This document shows positions 19,463-29,362 of a DNA stretch of 56,927 bases, in pieces. Under the pieces are notes generated by a model. It worked only from the letters and a program-made list of their open reading frames with translations. It did not search any database and was not told the origin of the DNA. The DNA comes from Roseiarcus sp. (GTDB taxonomy: Bacteria > Pseudomonadota > Alphaproteobacteria > Rhizobiales > Beijerinckiaceae). Position 1 is the first letter of the stretch. Each line of letters starts with the position of its first letter. Location: assembly GCA_049584355.1 (NCBI GenBank), contig JBAUXQ010000121.1, positions 1-56,927 on the forward strand. Direction: 5' to 3'. Made by a program: the position numbers and the translations under genes.

Positions 19463-20662
19463 ATGGCGAGCGGCGTCAAGGACAAGGTCGCGATCGTCGG
19501 CATGGGTTGCACGACGTTCGGCGAGCATTGGGACAAGGGACCCGAAGACCTGATGGTCGAGGCCTTCGGGGAAGCGCTGGCGGACGCGAAGATCGAGCGG
19601 TCGCAGATCGAAGCCGCGTGGATGGGCAACGCGCTCGACGACATCAATGTCGGGAACAGCGCGCTGCCGCTCGCCCACGCCCTGCGTCTCAAGACTATTC
19701 CCGTGTCGCGCGTCGAGAACATGTGCGCGACCGGCTCGGAGGCGTTGCGTGCGGCGGTTTATGCGGTTGCCGCGGGCGCGGTCGATTTCGCGCTTGCGCT
19801 CGGCGTCGAGAAGCTGAAGGACACGGGCTACGGCGGCCTGCCTCTGCGAACAAAAGGTCTCGCGAACGACCTCTGGCTGCCCTACGGCTCGGCGCCAGGC
19901 TCTTTCGCCCAGCTCGCCGGCGCCTATGCGGCGAAACACCGTCTCAACGGCGCCGACCTGAAGCGGGCGATGGCGCACGTGAGCTGGAAGAGCCACCAGA
20001 ACGCCGGGTCAAATCCGCGCGCACATCTGCGCAAGCCGGTGGACATGGAGACGATTCTGAAGGCGCCGATGATCGCCGATCCGCTCGGTCTTTACGATTG
20101 CTGCGGCGTCTCCGACGGGGCGGCCTGCGCGATCGTTACGACGCCGGACATCGCTCGGGGGCTCGGCGTCGCCAACCCGGTCACGGTGAAGGCCGTGCAG
20201 ATCTCCGCGAGCCACGGGTGGGAGATGCAATATGGCGCGTGGGACGGCAGCTATGTTCTCAACACCCGTGAGGCCGCTAGGCGCGCCTACGCCGAGGCCG
20301 GCGTGAAGGACCCCCGCTCCGATCTTTCGCTGACCGAAGTGCATGACTGCTTCTCCATCACCGAGCTCGTGACCATGGAGGATCTCGGCCTCTCTGCCGA
20401 AGGACGCGCGCCGCATGACATTCTGGAGGGCCGCTTCGATCGCGCCGGCGCTCAACCCTGTCAGGTCGACGGCGGCCTCAAATGTTTCGGCCACCCGGTC
20501 GGCGCCTCTGGCCTCCGCATGGCCTACGAGGTCTATTCCCAGTTACTGGGCCGCGCCGGCTCGCGGCAGCTCGGCAAAGTCGATTTCGGCCTCACGCACA
20601 ATCTTGGCGGCGCGCCGTTCAATAGCGTCGCCGCCGTGTCGATCTTCGGCCGGATGAATTGA
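19463..20662 (+). CDS. Thiolase, SCP-x/Ltp2/PhlC type (acetyl-CoA acetyltransferase family)
   Basis: RVENMCATGSEA, DCCGVSDGAA, EVHDCFSITE, GGLKCFGHPVGASG, THNLGG. Confidence 0.92.
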   Translation: MASGVKDKVAIVGMGCTTFGEHWDKGPEDLMVEAFGEALADAKIERSQIEAAWMGNALDDINVGNSALPLAHALRLKTIPVSRVENMCATGSEALRAAVYAVAAGAVDFALALGVEKLKDTGYGGLPLRTKGLANDLWLPYGSAPGSFAQLAGAYAAKHRLNGADLKRAMAHVSWKSHQNAGSNPRAHLRKPVDMETILKAPMIADPLGLYDCCGVSDGAACAIVTTPDIARGLGVANPVTVKAVQISASHGWEMQYGAWDGSYVLNTREAARRAYAEAGVKDPRSDLSLTEVHDCFSITELVTMEDLGLSAEGRAPHDILEGRFDRAGAQPCQVDGGLKCFGHPVGASGLRMAYEVYSQLLGRAGSRQLGKVDFGLTHNLGGAPFNSVAAVSIFGRMN

Positions 20663-20674
20663 GGGAGGCGCCAG

Positions 20675-21127
20675 TTGGCGGGAAAATATTTCGAGGAATT
20701 CGCGGTCGGCCAGACCTTCGTGCATGAGATCCGCCGCACGGTGACGGACATGGATAACATCCTCTTCTCGGCGCTGACCTACAATCCAGCGGCGATCCAC
20801 ATCGATCATGAATACGCCAAGACGACCGAGTTCGGCCGGCCGCTCATCAATTCGATCTTCACCCTGGGGCTGGTCGTCGGATTGTCGGTGCAGGACACCA
20901 CTCTCGGCACCACCGTCGGCAACCTAGGCTGGGAGGAGGTCGCCTTCCCGAAGCCGGTCTTCGCCGGCGATACCATCCGCGCGGAAACAAAGGTCGTCGC
21001 CTTGCGAGACAGCAAATCGCGTCCGAAACAGGGCGTTGTGACCTTCGAACATCGCGGCATCAATCAGCGCGACGAGATCATCGCGACCTGCCGGCGGGTC
21101 GCGCTCATGTTGAGGAAGCCCGCGTGA
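20675..21127 (+). CDS. MaoC family (hot-dog fold) dehydratase
   Basis: GKYFEEFAVGQ, RTVTDMDNILFS, NPAAIHID, FPKPVFAGDTI. Confidence 0.92.
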   Translation: MAGKYFEEFAVGQTFVHEIRRTVTDMDNILFSALTYNPAAIHIDHEYAKTTEFGRPLINSIFTLGLVVGLSVQDTTLGTTVGNLGWEEVAFPKPVFAGDTIRAETKVVALRDSKSRPKQGVVTFEHRGINQRDEIIATCRRVALMLRKPA

Positions 21128-21987
21128 GGCTCCGCTCGCTGCTGTTCGTTCCCGGCGACTCCGAACGCAAATTCATGAGGGCGAAGACCTCGGGAGCAGG
21201 CGCCCTGATCCTCGACCTCGAGGACTCCGTCGCTCCGACCCAAAAGCCCGTCGCCCGAAACCATGTCGCAAAGCTGCTCGACGATCCGTCCGCGCGCGAC
21301 TGGTCCTTCTTCGTCCGCGTCAACGCGCTCGACACGGGCCTTGCGCTCGATGATCTCGCGGCCGTCGTGAAGCCCGGCCTCGAGGCCATCATGATCCCGA
21401 AGGCGAACGGCGCCGAGGATCTTCAGCTTTTCGGTCATTATCTCGATGCGTTCGAGACGAAAGCCGGTATTCCGCTCGGTTCCGTCAAGATGGCGGTCGT
21501 CGCCACCGAGACCGCAAAGGCGATGTTCGCGCTTCACACCTATGCGCTCGTCCATCCGCGTCTCCTCGCGCTGACCTGGGGCGCGGAGGACCTTTCCGCC
21601 GCGCTCGGCGCGACAGACAACAAGGAGCCGGACGGCGCCTGGACCTTTCCCTATCAGGTTGTGCGCGCCCAATGTTTGTTCGCCGCCTCGGCTGCGGATG
21701 TCACGCCGATCGATACGATCCATGCCGATTTCCGCGATCTCGACGGGCTCGAGCGAGATTGCCGTCGCTCGCGCCGGGACGGTTTCCTGGGGCGCATGGC
21801 GATCCATCCCGATCAGGTCGCGACGATCAACCGCTGCTACGCGCCCTCGGAATTCGAGATCGCGCACGCCCGCCGCATCGTCGACGCCTTCGCCGCCAAT
21901 CCCGGCGTTGGAACGATCGGCGTCGACGGCAAGATGGTCGATATCCCGCATTTGAAGGCGGCGCAAAAGACGCTGGCGTCGATCTAA
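21124..21987 (+). CDS. CitE/HpcH family CoA-ester lyase (citramalyl-/malyl-CoA lyase-like)
   Basis: RSLLFVPGD, ILDLEDSVAP, WGAEDLSAALG, GFLGRMAIHPDQV, GKMVDIPH. Confidence 0.92.
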   Translation: MRLRSLLFVPGDSERKFMRAKTSGAGALILDLEDSVAPTQKPVARNHVAKLLDDPSARDWSFFVRVNALDTGLALDDLAAVVKPGLEAIMIPKANGAEDLQLFGHYLDAFETKAGIPLGSVKMAVVATETAKAMFALHTYALVHPRLLALTWGAEDLSAALGATDNKEPDGAWTFPYQVVRAQCLFAASAADVTPIDTIHADFRDLDGLERDCRRSRRDGFLGRMAIHPDQVATINRCYAPSEFEIAHARRIVDAFAANPGVGTIGVDGKMVDIPHLKAAQKTLASI

Positions 21988-22009
21988 CGGGAGCAGAAAG
22001 ACTGAGCGC

Positions 22010-23188
22010 ATGAGCGAAGGAAGACCGCTGCCGACCGAGGACGAGCGCAACGCGATCCGCGAGGGCGTTCGCGCTGTCGTCACGAAGTTCGACGACGAAT
22101 ATTGGCTGGAGCGCGACGAGGACGGCCGCTTTCCCCACGAATTTCATCGGGCGATGGCCGAGGGCGGGTGGCTCGGCATCACCATGCCGGAGGAGTACGG
22201 CGGGGCCGGTCTTGGCGTCACGGAGGCGGCAATCATGATGCATGAGGTCGCGAGCCACGGCGGTGGGATGGCCGCCGCGTCGACGGTTCATATCAATCTC
22301 TTCGGCCCTCATCCGATCGTTGTGAAGGGAACGCCAAAACAGAAGGCGCGTTGGGTGCCGCGCCTCATTGCCGGCGAGGATCAGTGCGCCTTTGGCTTCA
22401 CCGAGCCCGACGCCGGGCTCAACACGACCCGGATCAAGACGTTCGCCGAGAAAGTCCCCGACGGATATCTGGTGCGCGGCCAGAAGGTGTGGACCTCGAC
22501 CGCGCAGGTCGCCAACAAACTCATGCTGCTGACGCGCACGACGCGCTATGAGGACTGCAAGCGTCCGACCGACGGCATCACAATTTTCTATACCGACCTC
22601 GATCGGTCCAAAATCGACGTCCACCGCATTCCGAAAATGGGCCGAAAGGCTGTGGACTCGAATTCGATTTTCATCGATGGACTCTTCGTTCCCGAGGAGG
22701 ACCGGATTGGCGAGGAGGGCAAAGGGTTCTCCTACATCCTGCACAGCCTCAATCCCGAACGCATCCTCATCGCCGTCGAAGCGATCGGCATCGGCCAGGA
22801 CGCCCTGAGGCGCGCTACCGCCTATGCCAAGGAGCGCGTGGTCTTTGACCGCCCGATCGGCCAGAATCAGGGCATCCAACACCCGCTCGCCGAAAAGTGG
22901 ATGTATCTCGAGGCCGCCTGGCTGATGGCGATGAAGGCGGCGGAACTCTACGATTCCGGCAAGCCGTGCGGAGCGGAAGCCAATAGCGCGAAGTTTCTCG
23001 GGGCCCGCGCCGGCCACGACGCCGCATGGCAGGCGGTGATGACCCATGGCGGTTTCGGCTACGCCAAGGAATATCACGTTGAACGGCTCTATCGCGAGGC
23101 TTCGCTGACACGACTCGCGCCGATCACCGAGCAGCTCATCATGTGCTTCATCGCGGAAAAGGTGCTCGATCTTCCCAAGAGCTACTGA
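22010..23188 (+). CDS. Acyl-CoA dehydrogenase
   Basis: GFTEPDAGLNT, GQKVWTSTAQ, LNPERIL, THGGFGYAKEYHVER. Confidence 0.93.
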   Translation: MSEGRPLPTEDERNAIREGVRAVVTKFDDEYWLERDEDGRFPHEFHRAMAEGGWLGITMPEEYGGAGLGVTEAAIMMHEVASHGGGMAAASTVHINLFGPHPIVVKGTPKQKARWVPRLIAGEDQCAFGFTEPDAGLNTTRIKTFAEKVPDGYLVRGQKVWTSTAQVANKLMLLTRTTRYEDCKRPTDGITIFYTDLDRSKIDVHRIPKMGRKAVDSNSIFIDGLFVPEEDRIGEEGKGFSYILHSLNPERILIAVEAIGIGQDALRRATAYAKERVVFDRPIGQNQGIQHPLAEKWMYLEAAWLMAMKAAELYDSGKPCGAEANSAKFLGARAGHDAAWQAVMTHGGFGYAKEYHVERLYREASLTRLAPITEQLIMCFIAEKVLDLPKSY

Positions 23189-23196
23189 GGCAAACC

Positions 23197-24108
23197 ATGG
23201 GCATTATGGACGGAAAGGTCGCGCTGGTCACCGGCGCCGGACGGGGCGTCGGGCGCGGTGTCGCCCTCGATCTCGCGAGGGCGGGCGCCGCCGTCATTGT
23301 TAACGATCTCGGTGTGAGTCTCACAGGAGAAGGAAGCGGCGCGTCGGTCGCGCAGGAGGTCACTGACGAGATTGTCGCAGCGGGCGGCCGCGCGACCACC
23401 AACTCCGACAGCGTCGCAAGCTGGGACGGCGCGCACGCCATGGTCCAGGCGGCGATCGACGCCTTCGGCCGGATCGATGCGGTCGTCAACAACGCTGGCA
23501 ATCTGCGCGACAGCCTCTTCCACAAGATGACGGAAGAGGAGTTCGATTCGGTCATCGGCGTCCATCTCAAGGGGGCGTTCAACGTGAGCCGCGCGGCGGC
23601 GCCGCACTTCAAGGCGCAAGCATCCGGGGTCTATGTCCACATGACCTCGACTTCTGGGTTGGTCGGCAACTTCGGGCAGGCGAACTACGCGGCGGCGAAG
23701 CTTGGCGTAATCGGTCTTTCGAAATCGATCGCGCTCGACATGCAGCGCTTCAATGTCCGCTCGAACGCCGTCGCGCCCTTTGCGTGGACGCGCATGATCG
23801 ACTCGATTCCGACCAACACGCCCGAGCAGCAGAAACGCGTCGAAGGCCTGAAGAAGCTCGTGCCGGAAAAGATCGCTCCCTTCGTGACCGCGCTCGCGAG
23901 CGACGCCGGCGCTCATGTGACTGGGCAGGTCTTCGGCGTGCGCAACAATGAGATCTACCTCTTCTCCCAGCCGCGGCCGATCCGCACCGCACATACGGCG
24001 GAGGGTTGGACCGCAGAGACGATCGCGGAGCGCGTTTTCCCGATGTTCAGCAACGATTTCTACCCGCTACACCGCTCGAGCGACGTCTTCACCTGGGATC
24101 CGGTCTAA
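23197..24108 (+). CDS. SDR, (R)-3-hydroxyacyl-CoA dehydrogenase-like (MFE-2 N-terminal type)
   Basis: VTGAGRGVG, VIVNDLG, VNNAGNLRD, GNFGQANYAAAK. Confidence 0.9.
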   Translation: MGIMDGKVALVTGAGRGVGRGVALDLARAGAAVIVNDLGVSLTGEGSGASVAQEVTDEIVAAGGRATTNSDSVASWDGAHAMVQAAIDAFGRIDAVVNNAGNLRDSLFHKMTEEEFDSVIGVHLKGAFNVSRAAAPHFKAQASGVYVHMTSTSGLVGNFGQANYAAAKLGVIGLSKSIALDMQRFNVRSNAVAPFAWTRMIDSIPTNTPEQQKRVEGLKKLVPEKIAPFVTALASDAGAHVTGQVFGVRNNEIYLFSQPRPIRTAHTAEGWTAETIAERVFPMFSNDFYPLHRSSDVFTWDPV

Positions 24109-24114
24109 AGGCCG

Positions 24115-24969
24115 ATGCCCATCCAGCCGGACCGTCTTGTCGGTTATCGCCTGCCGGAGATCGCGCAAACGTATGCGCCGCGCGACGCCATCCTTTATGC
24201 GCTTGGGGTCGGGCTTGGTCGGGACCCCTGCGCCCGAGAGGACCTCAGGTTTCTCGTTGAGGATGGGCTCGAGGTCCTGCCGACCTTCGCCGTGACCCTG
24301 TCGTCTCCGGGCATCTGGATCAGGGCGCCGGAATTCGGCGTCGATTTCGTCAAGCTCGTGCATTCAGAGCAGGTAGCGTGGTTCCATGCGCTGTTGCCTC
24401 CGGAGGCGGACGTCGTCGGCAGCGCCGAAGTCCTGTCACTGACCGACCGAGGGCCCGAACGGGGGGCGGTGCTTGTGCTCGAGCGCAAGATCCGCGACGT
24501 GCGAAGCCACCTCGCCTATTGCACATTGCATCAGACCCTACTGCTCCGTGGCGACGGCGGCTTTGGCGGCCCGGCGGCGCCCGCGGCGCCGTCGATTGTT
24601 CCCGAGCGAGCGCCGGACCTGAACGGCCGCGCCATCGTCGATCCGCGGGCGGCGTTGATCTATCGACTGTCGGGCGATCGCAACCCTCTGCACGCCGATC
24701 CCGACTTCGCCAAGCGCGCTGGGTTCGAACGTCCCATCCTGCACGGCCTTGCGAGCTACGCGCTCGCCGGAGTCACGGTCGCGCGTCTTTGCGGCTTCTC
24801 CCCGTCGGGGATCAAGGCGCTGAAGTGCCGATTTTCCGGCGTCGTCTTTCCCGGCGACGTCCTCGATTTCAGGGTTCGGCGCGACAAGGACGAGGCGACA
24901 TTCCAGGCTTTCGTGGGAGATCGCAAGGTTCTGGATCAGGGGCGGATTGCATTTGGATCCGGCCCGTGA
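24115..24969 (+). CDS. (R)-specific enoyl-CoA hydratase 2 (double hot-dog/MaoC)
   Basis: DAILYALGVG, LLLRGDGGFGG, hydratase-2 motif YRLSGDRNPLHADP...ILHGL. Confidence 0.92.
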   Translation: MPIQPDRLVGYRLPEIAQTYAPRDAILYALGVGLGRDPCAREDLRFLVEDGLEVLPTFAVTLSSPGIWIRAPEFGVDFVKLVHSEQVAWFHALLPPEADVVGSAEVLSLTDRGPERGAVLVLERKIRDVRSHLAYCTLHQTLLLRGDGGFGGPAAPAAPSIVPERAPDLNGRAIVDPRAALIYRLSGDRNPLHADPDFAKRAGFERPILHGLASYALAGVTVARLCGFSPSGIKALKCRFSGVVFPGDVLDFRVRRDKDEATFQAFVGDRKVLDQGRIAFGSGP

Positions 24970-25919
24970 GAGGCGACCCGAGGCTGGCAAAGCTTCTGAA
25001 GATGCAGCTTCGCATCCCGGTCATGGCCGGCCCGATGTTCATCGCCTCGACGCCCGCTCTCGCCGTCGCGCAATGCCGGAGCGGCATCATCGGCGCCATG
25101 CCGGCGCTCAACGCGCGGACAACCGCGCTGCTTGACGAACAGATCGCCTCGATCGAGACCGGTCTCGAAGGCTGCGACATTCCATTTGCGATCAATCTCG
25201 TCGCCCACAAGAGCAATGCGCGGCTCGACGCCGATCTCGAAGTCGTGGTCGCGCGCAAGGTTCCCATCGTCGTGCTTGCGCTCGCCACGAGCCCGACAAT
25301 CGTCCAGGCGATTCACGACTACGGAGGCCTCGTTTTCAACGATGTCGCCAGCGACCGCCATGCGCGAAAATGCGCTGAGCTCGGAGTCGATGGCGTGATC
25401 GCGGTTTCTGCTGGCGCCGGGGGCCATACCGGCTCGGTGTCGCCCTTCGCGCTCGTGGCCGAGATTCGCGAATGGTGGGAGGGGCCATTGATGCTCGCGG
25501 GCTCGATCGCGACCGGCCGAGCCATCCTCGCCGTGGAGGCGCTCGGCGCGGATCTCGCCTATATCGGCTCGCCGTTCCTCGCTTGCGCGGAAGCCAACAC
25601 GTCGAGCGGCTTCAAACAAATGGTGGTCGATTCCGCTTCCCGGGACATCGTCGTCATCAACGGCTTCACCGGCGCGAACGCCTCGTTCCTCTTGCCCTCG
25701 ATCCTCGCCAACGGGCTTGATCCGGCTACACTGGCGAAGCCGAGAGGTTCGGGCGTCGACGTCTCCGGCGGCGGGCATCCCAAGGCCTGGCGTGATGTCT
25801 GGAGCGCAGGCCAGGGGATCGGCGCCGTGAAGGCCTCCTTGCCGGCGGCGGATTACGTCGCCAACCTTGCGGCCGACTACGAACGGGCGCGCGCAGCGAT
25901 GGGAATGGTGCGGGGATGA
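24966..25919 (+). CDS. Nitronate monooxygenase / FabK-like flavoenzyme
   Basis: PVMAGPMF, AINLVAHKSN, GAGGHTG, AYIGSPFLA, KAWRDVWSAGQG. Start at GTG 24966 or ATG 25002. Confidence 0.88.
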   Translation: MRGDPRLAKLLKMQLRIPVMAGPMFIASTPALAVAQCRSGIIGAMPALNARTTALLDEQIASIETGLEGCDIPFAINLVAHKSNARLDADLEVVVARKVPIVVLALATSPTIVQAIHDYGGLVFNDVASDRHARKCAELGVDGVIAVSAGAGGHTGSVSPFALVAEIREWWEGPLMLAGSIATGRAILAVEALGADLAYIGSPFLACAEANTSSGFKQMVVDSASRDIVVINGFTGANASFLLPSILANGLDPATLAKPRGSGVDVSGGGHPKAWRDVWSAGQGIGAVKASLPAADYVANLAADYERARAAMGMVRG

Positions 25920-26914
25920 TCAATCGTCAGGCAGTTCTGGTTTCCCGGCCGACTGGCGTCGCGCAGGCCGAGAATTTCGCCATTCGCGAGGCCCCGGTCG
26001 CCGCGCCCGCGGAGGGACAGATTCTGGTCCGAAACGAGTTCCTCTCAGTCGAGCCGGCGATGCGCGGCTGGCTTTCCGACCGCGGCAATTATTCCGCGCC
26101 GGTCGCAATCGGTTCGACCATGCGCGCGCTGGCGGTCGGCGAAATCCTTGAGTCGCGTCACCCGGATTATCGTCCTCGCGAAATTGTCTCGGGCTGGTTC
26201 GGCTGGCAGGAGTTGGCGACTGTCGACGCACGCACCGTCGTGCGGCGCGTCGTCGAATCCGATCTCCCGCATTCGCTGGCGCTTGGCGTGCTCGGCATCA
26301 ACGGGGTGACGGCGCTCATCGGCCTCACCCTCATCGGCGAACCGAAGCCGGGCGAGACGGTGCTCGTTTCCACTGCAGCCGGAGCGGTCGGGTCGGCCGT
26401 CGGGCAGATCGCGAAGATCCTCGGTTGTGGGGCGGTCGGGATCGCAGGAGGGCCGGACAAGGTCGGCCAGTGTCTCGACGTCTTCGGTTATGACGCGGCG
26501 ATCGATTATAAGACGCTCGGCCTCGGCGAGGCGATCGACAAGGCCTGTCCCGCCGGTGTCAACGTCTATTTCGACAACACGTCCGGAATCATCAGCGATA
26601 CGGTCTATCCACGCCTCGCAGTCGGCGCCCGCGTGGTCATCTGCGGCACAGCCTCGATCTCGTCCTGGGACCCCTGGCCGACTGGACCGCGCGTCGAACG
26701 CCACCTCCTGGTCAAGCGCGCCCGCGCGCAAGGTTTCGTGATTTTTGACTACATGGACCGCTGGGAGGCCTCTGTCGCGACCCTCGCGAACTGGGTGCGC
26801 GCCCGCAAGGTGCGCTACGACGAGGACATTCTCGACGGCATTGAAGCCTGCCCCGACGCGCTCGCCGGGCTCTATCGCGGCGAGAACAGGGGCAAACGGC
26901 TGATCCGGCTCTAG
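25916..26914 (+). CDS. NADP-dependent alkenal/enone reductase (MDR, PTGR/CurA-like)
   Basis: LSVEPAMRGW, VSTAAGAVGSAVGQIAK, VYFDNT, GENRGK. Confidence 0.92.
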   Translation: MINRQAVLVSRPTGVAQAENFAIREAPVAAPAEGQILVRNEFLSVEPAMRGWLSDRGNYSAPVAIGSTMRALAVGEILESRHPDYRPREIVSGWFGWQELATVDARTVVRRVVESDLPHSLALGVLGINGVTALIGLTLIGEPKPGETVLVSTAAGAVGSAVGQIAKILGCGAVGIAGGPDKVGQCLDVFGYDAAIDYKTLGLGEAIDKACPAGVNVYFDNTSGIISDTVYPRLAVGARVVICGTASISSWDPWPTGPRVERHLLVKRARAQGFVIFDYMDRWEASVATLANWVRARKVRYDEDILDGIEACPDALAGLYRGENRGKRLIRL

Positions 26915-26924
26915 AGCCGCGCTG

Positions 26925-27725
26925 CTACCGGTCGCCGAACCTCGGCTCGCGCTTCTCGCGAAAGGCGGCCACTGCCTCGCGGTGATCGGCGGTCTCGAGC
27001 AGGATGACCTGCTGCCGGTCTTCCATCGTGAGCGCCGCATCGAGGCTCGGCGCGTCAATCTCGGCGTTCAGCGTCTCCTTCGTCATGCGTAAGCCCATGG
27101 GCGCGGTCTTGAGCATGTCTGCGGCGAGAGCCATTCCTGTCTCGAGAAGTTTGTCCTCGGGGACGATTTCGCTGACGAGACCTATGCGCAATGCGCGCTC
27201 AGCCCCGATGAAGCGCCCCGTCAGCAAAAACTCCGCGGCGTTGGAGAGGCCGACCAGACGCGGCAGCAGATAGCCTGCGCCCATGTCGCATCCGCCCAGG
27301 CCGACGCGGATATAGGCGGCGTTCATCCGGACGCTGGGCGCGGCGTAACGCACGTCGGAGGCGAGCGCGAGCGAGAAGCCGCCACCGCACGCCTCGCCAT
27401 GAAGGAGGGCGATGATCGGCTGCGGACAGGCGCGCATCGATCTGACCAGGCCGGAGTAGAGCTTCTGCATCGCCATCTGCCGTTGCGCCCGACCTTCGCC
27501 CGCCTCAGTGAAGGCGATGGAGCTGAGATCCGCGCCCGCTGAGAACATTCGCCCTTCGCCCCGCAAGAGGACGACCCGGACGTCGAGGCGAGCGAGCAAT
27601 CCCTCGAAATACGCGCGCATCTCAGCGACCATCTCGGGCGAGATGGCGTTGAGCGCCTGCGGTCGGTTCAGCGACAGGGTTTCGATAGCGCCCTGCCGTT
27701 CGAGCATCAGCGTGGAAAACTTCAT
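26925..27725 (-). CDS. Enoyl-CoA hydratase/isomerase family protein
   Basis: LNRPQALNA, FSAGADL, ACGGGFSLALASD, VGLGGCDMG. The two canonical Glu are absent. Confidence 0.9.
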   Translation of the reverse strand: MKFSTLMLERQGAIETLSLNRPQALNAISPEMVAEMRAYFEGLLARLDVRVVLLRGEGRMFSAGADLSSIAFTEAGEGRAQRQMAMQKLYSGLVRSMRACPQPIIALLHGEACGGGFSLALASDVRYAAPSVRMNAAYIRVGLGGCDMGAGYLLPRLVGLSNAAEFLLTGRFIGAERALRIGLVSEIVPEDKLLETGMALAADMLKTAPMGLRMTKETLNAEIDAPSLDAALTMEDRQQVILLETADHREAVAAFREKREPRFGDR

Positions 27726-27744
27726 CGTTTCTCCCTAGCCTCGG

Positions 27745-28860
27745 TCAGATCGGTGGGTGGTCCTGTACTTCGGCGTATTTGGCGTAGCCCTTGCCGACGC
27801 CGTACTCGACGATCCCGTAGCCAACCTCGTCGCCGTCGGTCATTTCGATCACATGATCGCTCAGGGTGCGGGCGAGCTTGCGCGTCGCAGGGTCCTCGAG
27901 CGCCCAGACGTCGTGCTCGGAATAGAACTTGCCCTTGTCGTCGCCATGCGACCATCCTTTGAGACCTCCGTAGAGGCCCCCTTTTAGAAAATAGCGTGCG
28001 GGAAGGGCGCGGATCTTCAAGCGCCGCTTCGAGCCGTCGGAAAAGACGGCGTCAAACTCGGCTCTGGCGAGCGTCTGCCCGAGCGAATCCTTGGCCCAGA
28101 CGACCTCGTGCGAGACGCGTTCGAGACGCACGCTCTCCCTAGCGCGCGTTCCGATCGCGCCCACTTCTTCGCCCGAAATATAGATGGCGTCCCCGGGAGC
28201 GCGCTCCTTGAAGAACACGTGTAGCCCACGGTTTTTGAACTGCGCGGTGGTCCAGCAGTAGAAGAAAGGGGGGTAGTAGGTCAGCGGCGGGTTGGCCTCG
28301 TCCGTCCGCATCTCCGCGCGGATGCCCCAGGAATGATCGCGCTGGCCAAGCCAGCTGGCCTCGGAGACGTCGAGGCGTCGCCCGGCCGCCTCAATCCAGC
28401 CGCGATAGGCGCCGAGCTGCTGCGCCCGGGCCATTTGCTCCGTCACACGGCCGTTTCTGCGCCGGAAGTGCTCGCCCTCCTCGTGCGGGTTCATCGTGGC
28501 GACAAATTCGAGATCGAAGGCGAGGCCCGACTCGTTGGGCTTTAGGGCGAGCCGGTGACGCCGCAGACCTTCGAGCACTTCGATTTCCAGCGGTCCGATC
28601 GTCGTCTCCAGGGGATTAGGACGCAGCCGTCTCGAGACGCGGATGTTATATTGCTTACCGTTGAAGGCCACGCCGGCGAATCCATCGATGACGTTCCTGT
28701 TGGGATGCCAGCCAAGGCCGATGTCGAAAATGAAGTCTCCGGCAGGGATCGGATGGCCCGTATACCAGAGCCGCTCCATCCAGGCGGGGTCGGAGCTCAT
28801 CACGTGATCGAACGTGGTCGGCAGCTGATGGCCGATGAAGTCGTCCTGTCCGCTCAGCAT
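27745..28860 (-). CDS. Hypothetical beta-rich protein
   Basis: 371-aa ORF with GAGGAA RBS, inside an operon. Motifs DDFIGHQ, ERLWY, GQRDHSWGIR. Confidence 0.8.
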   Translation of the reverse strand: MLSGQDDFIGHQLPTTFDHVMSSDPAWMERLWYTGHPIPAGDFIFDIGLGWHPNRNVIDGFAGVAFNGKQYNIRVSRRLRPNPLETTIGPLEIEVLEGLRRHRLALKPNESGLAFDLEFVATMNPHEEGEHFRRRNGRVTEQMARAQQLGAYRGWIEAAGRRLDVSEASWLGQRDHSWGIRAEMRTDEANPPLTYYPPFFYCWTTAQFKNRGLHVFFKERAPGDAIYISGEEVGAIGTRARESVRLERVSHEVVWAKDSLGQTLARAEFDAVFSDGSKRRLKIRALPARYFLKGGLYGGLKGWSHGDDKGKFYSEHDVWALEDPATRKLARTLSDHVIEMTDGDEVGYGIVEYGVGKGYAKYAEVQDHPPI

Positions 28861-28873
28861 GGGTTCCTCTTCA

Positions 28874-29362
28874 TCAGCCCTTTTCCGTCCCGCTCGACAT
28901 TTCCGCGAACATCGGCTTGGCGCTGGTCGACTGTTCGAACCTGGATTGCCAATTGAGATATCGGTCAATAGCGGCCTCCGCCCGGGCGAGCGCGCGCGGC
29001 GCGATTTTCGTCCTGTTCGCAGCGAGCCAGTCGATCAGCTCGCACATGCGTTGATCGCCCGCATTGCGCTCCGCCTCGAGTTCGGCGGCGTCGGGCAGCT
29101 TCAGGCGCTCGCGCGCATCGGGAAGAGGCGCCCCAGGAAGCTCCGCGGCCAGAGACTTGAGTTCGAGGCTTGCCGCTTCGAGCGCGCGAAGCTGCTCGGA
29201 AAGGAAGGCGTTCGACCAGGCGGCGCGCAGTTTGATGCTGCCGAGCATGTAGATCACGCCATAAGCCTGGCCCCTGGCGAAATCGCCCTCGATATGAGGG
29301 ATGACTTCCTTGCGCAGGGTCGCGACCATGCCGTCGATCAGGCGGGGCAGAGAATTGTTCAC
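28874..29362 (-). CDS. Small helical hypothetical protein coupled to a phosphotransferase (possible LvaB-like partner)
   Basis: GTG start overlaps the kinase stop. 162 aa, Ala/Leu/Glu-rich. VNNSLPRLIDGMVATLRKEVIP. Confidence 0.7.
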   Translation of the reverse strand: MNNSLPRLIDGMVATLRKEVIPHIEGDFARGQAYGVIYMLGSIKLRAAWSNAFLSEQLRALEAASLELKSLAAELPGAPLPDARERLKLPDAAELEAERNAGDQRMCELIDWLAANRTKIAPRALARAEAAIDRYLNWQSRFEQSTSAKPMFAEMSSGTEKG

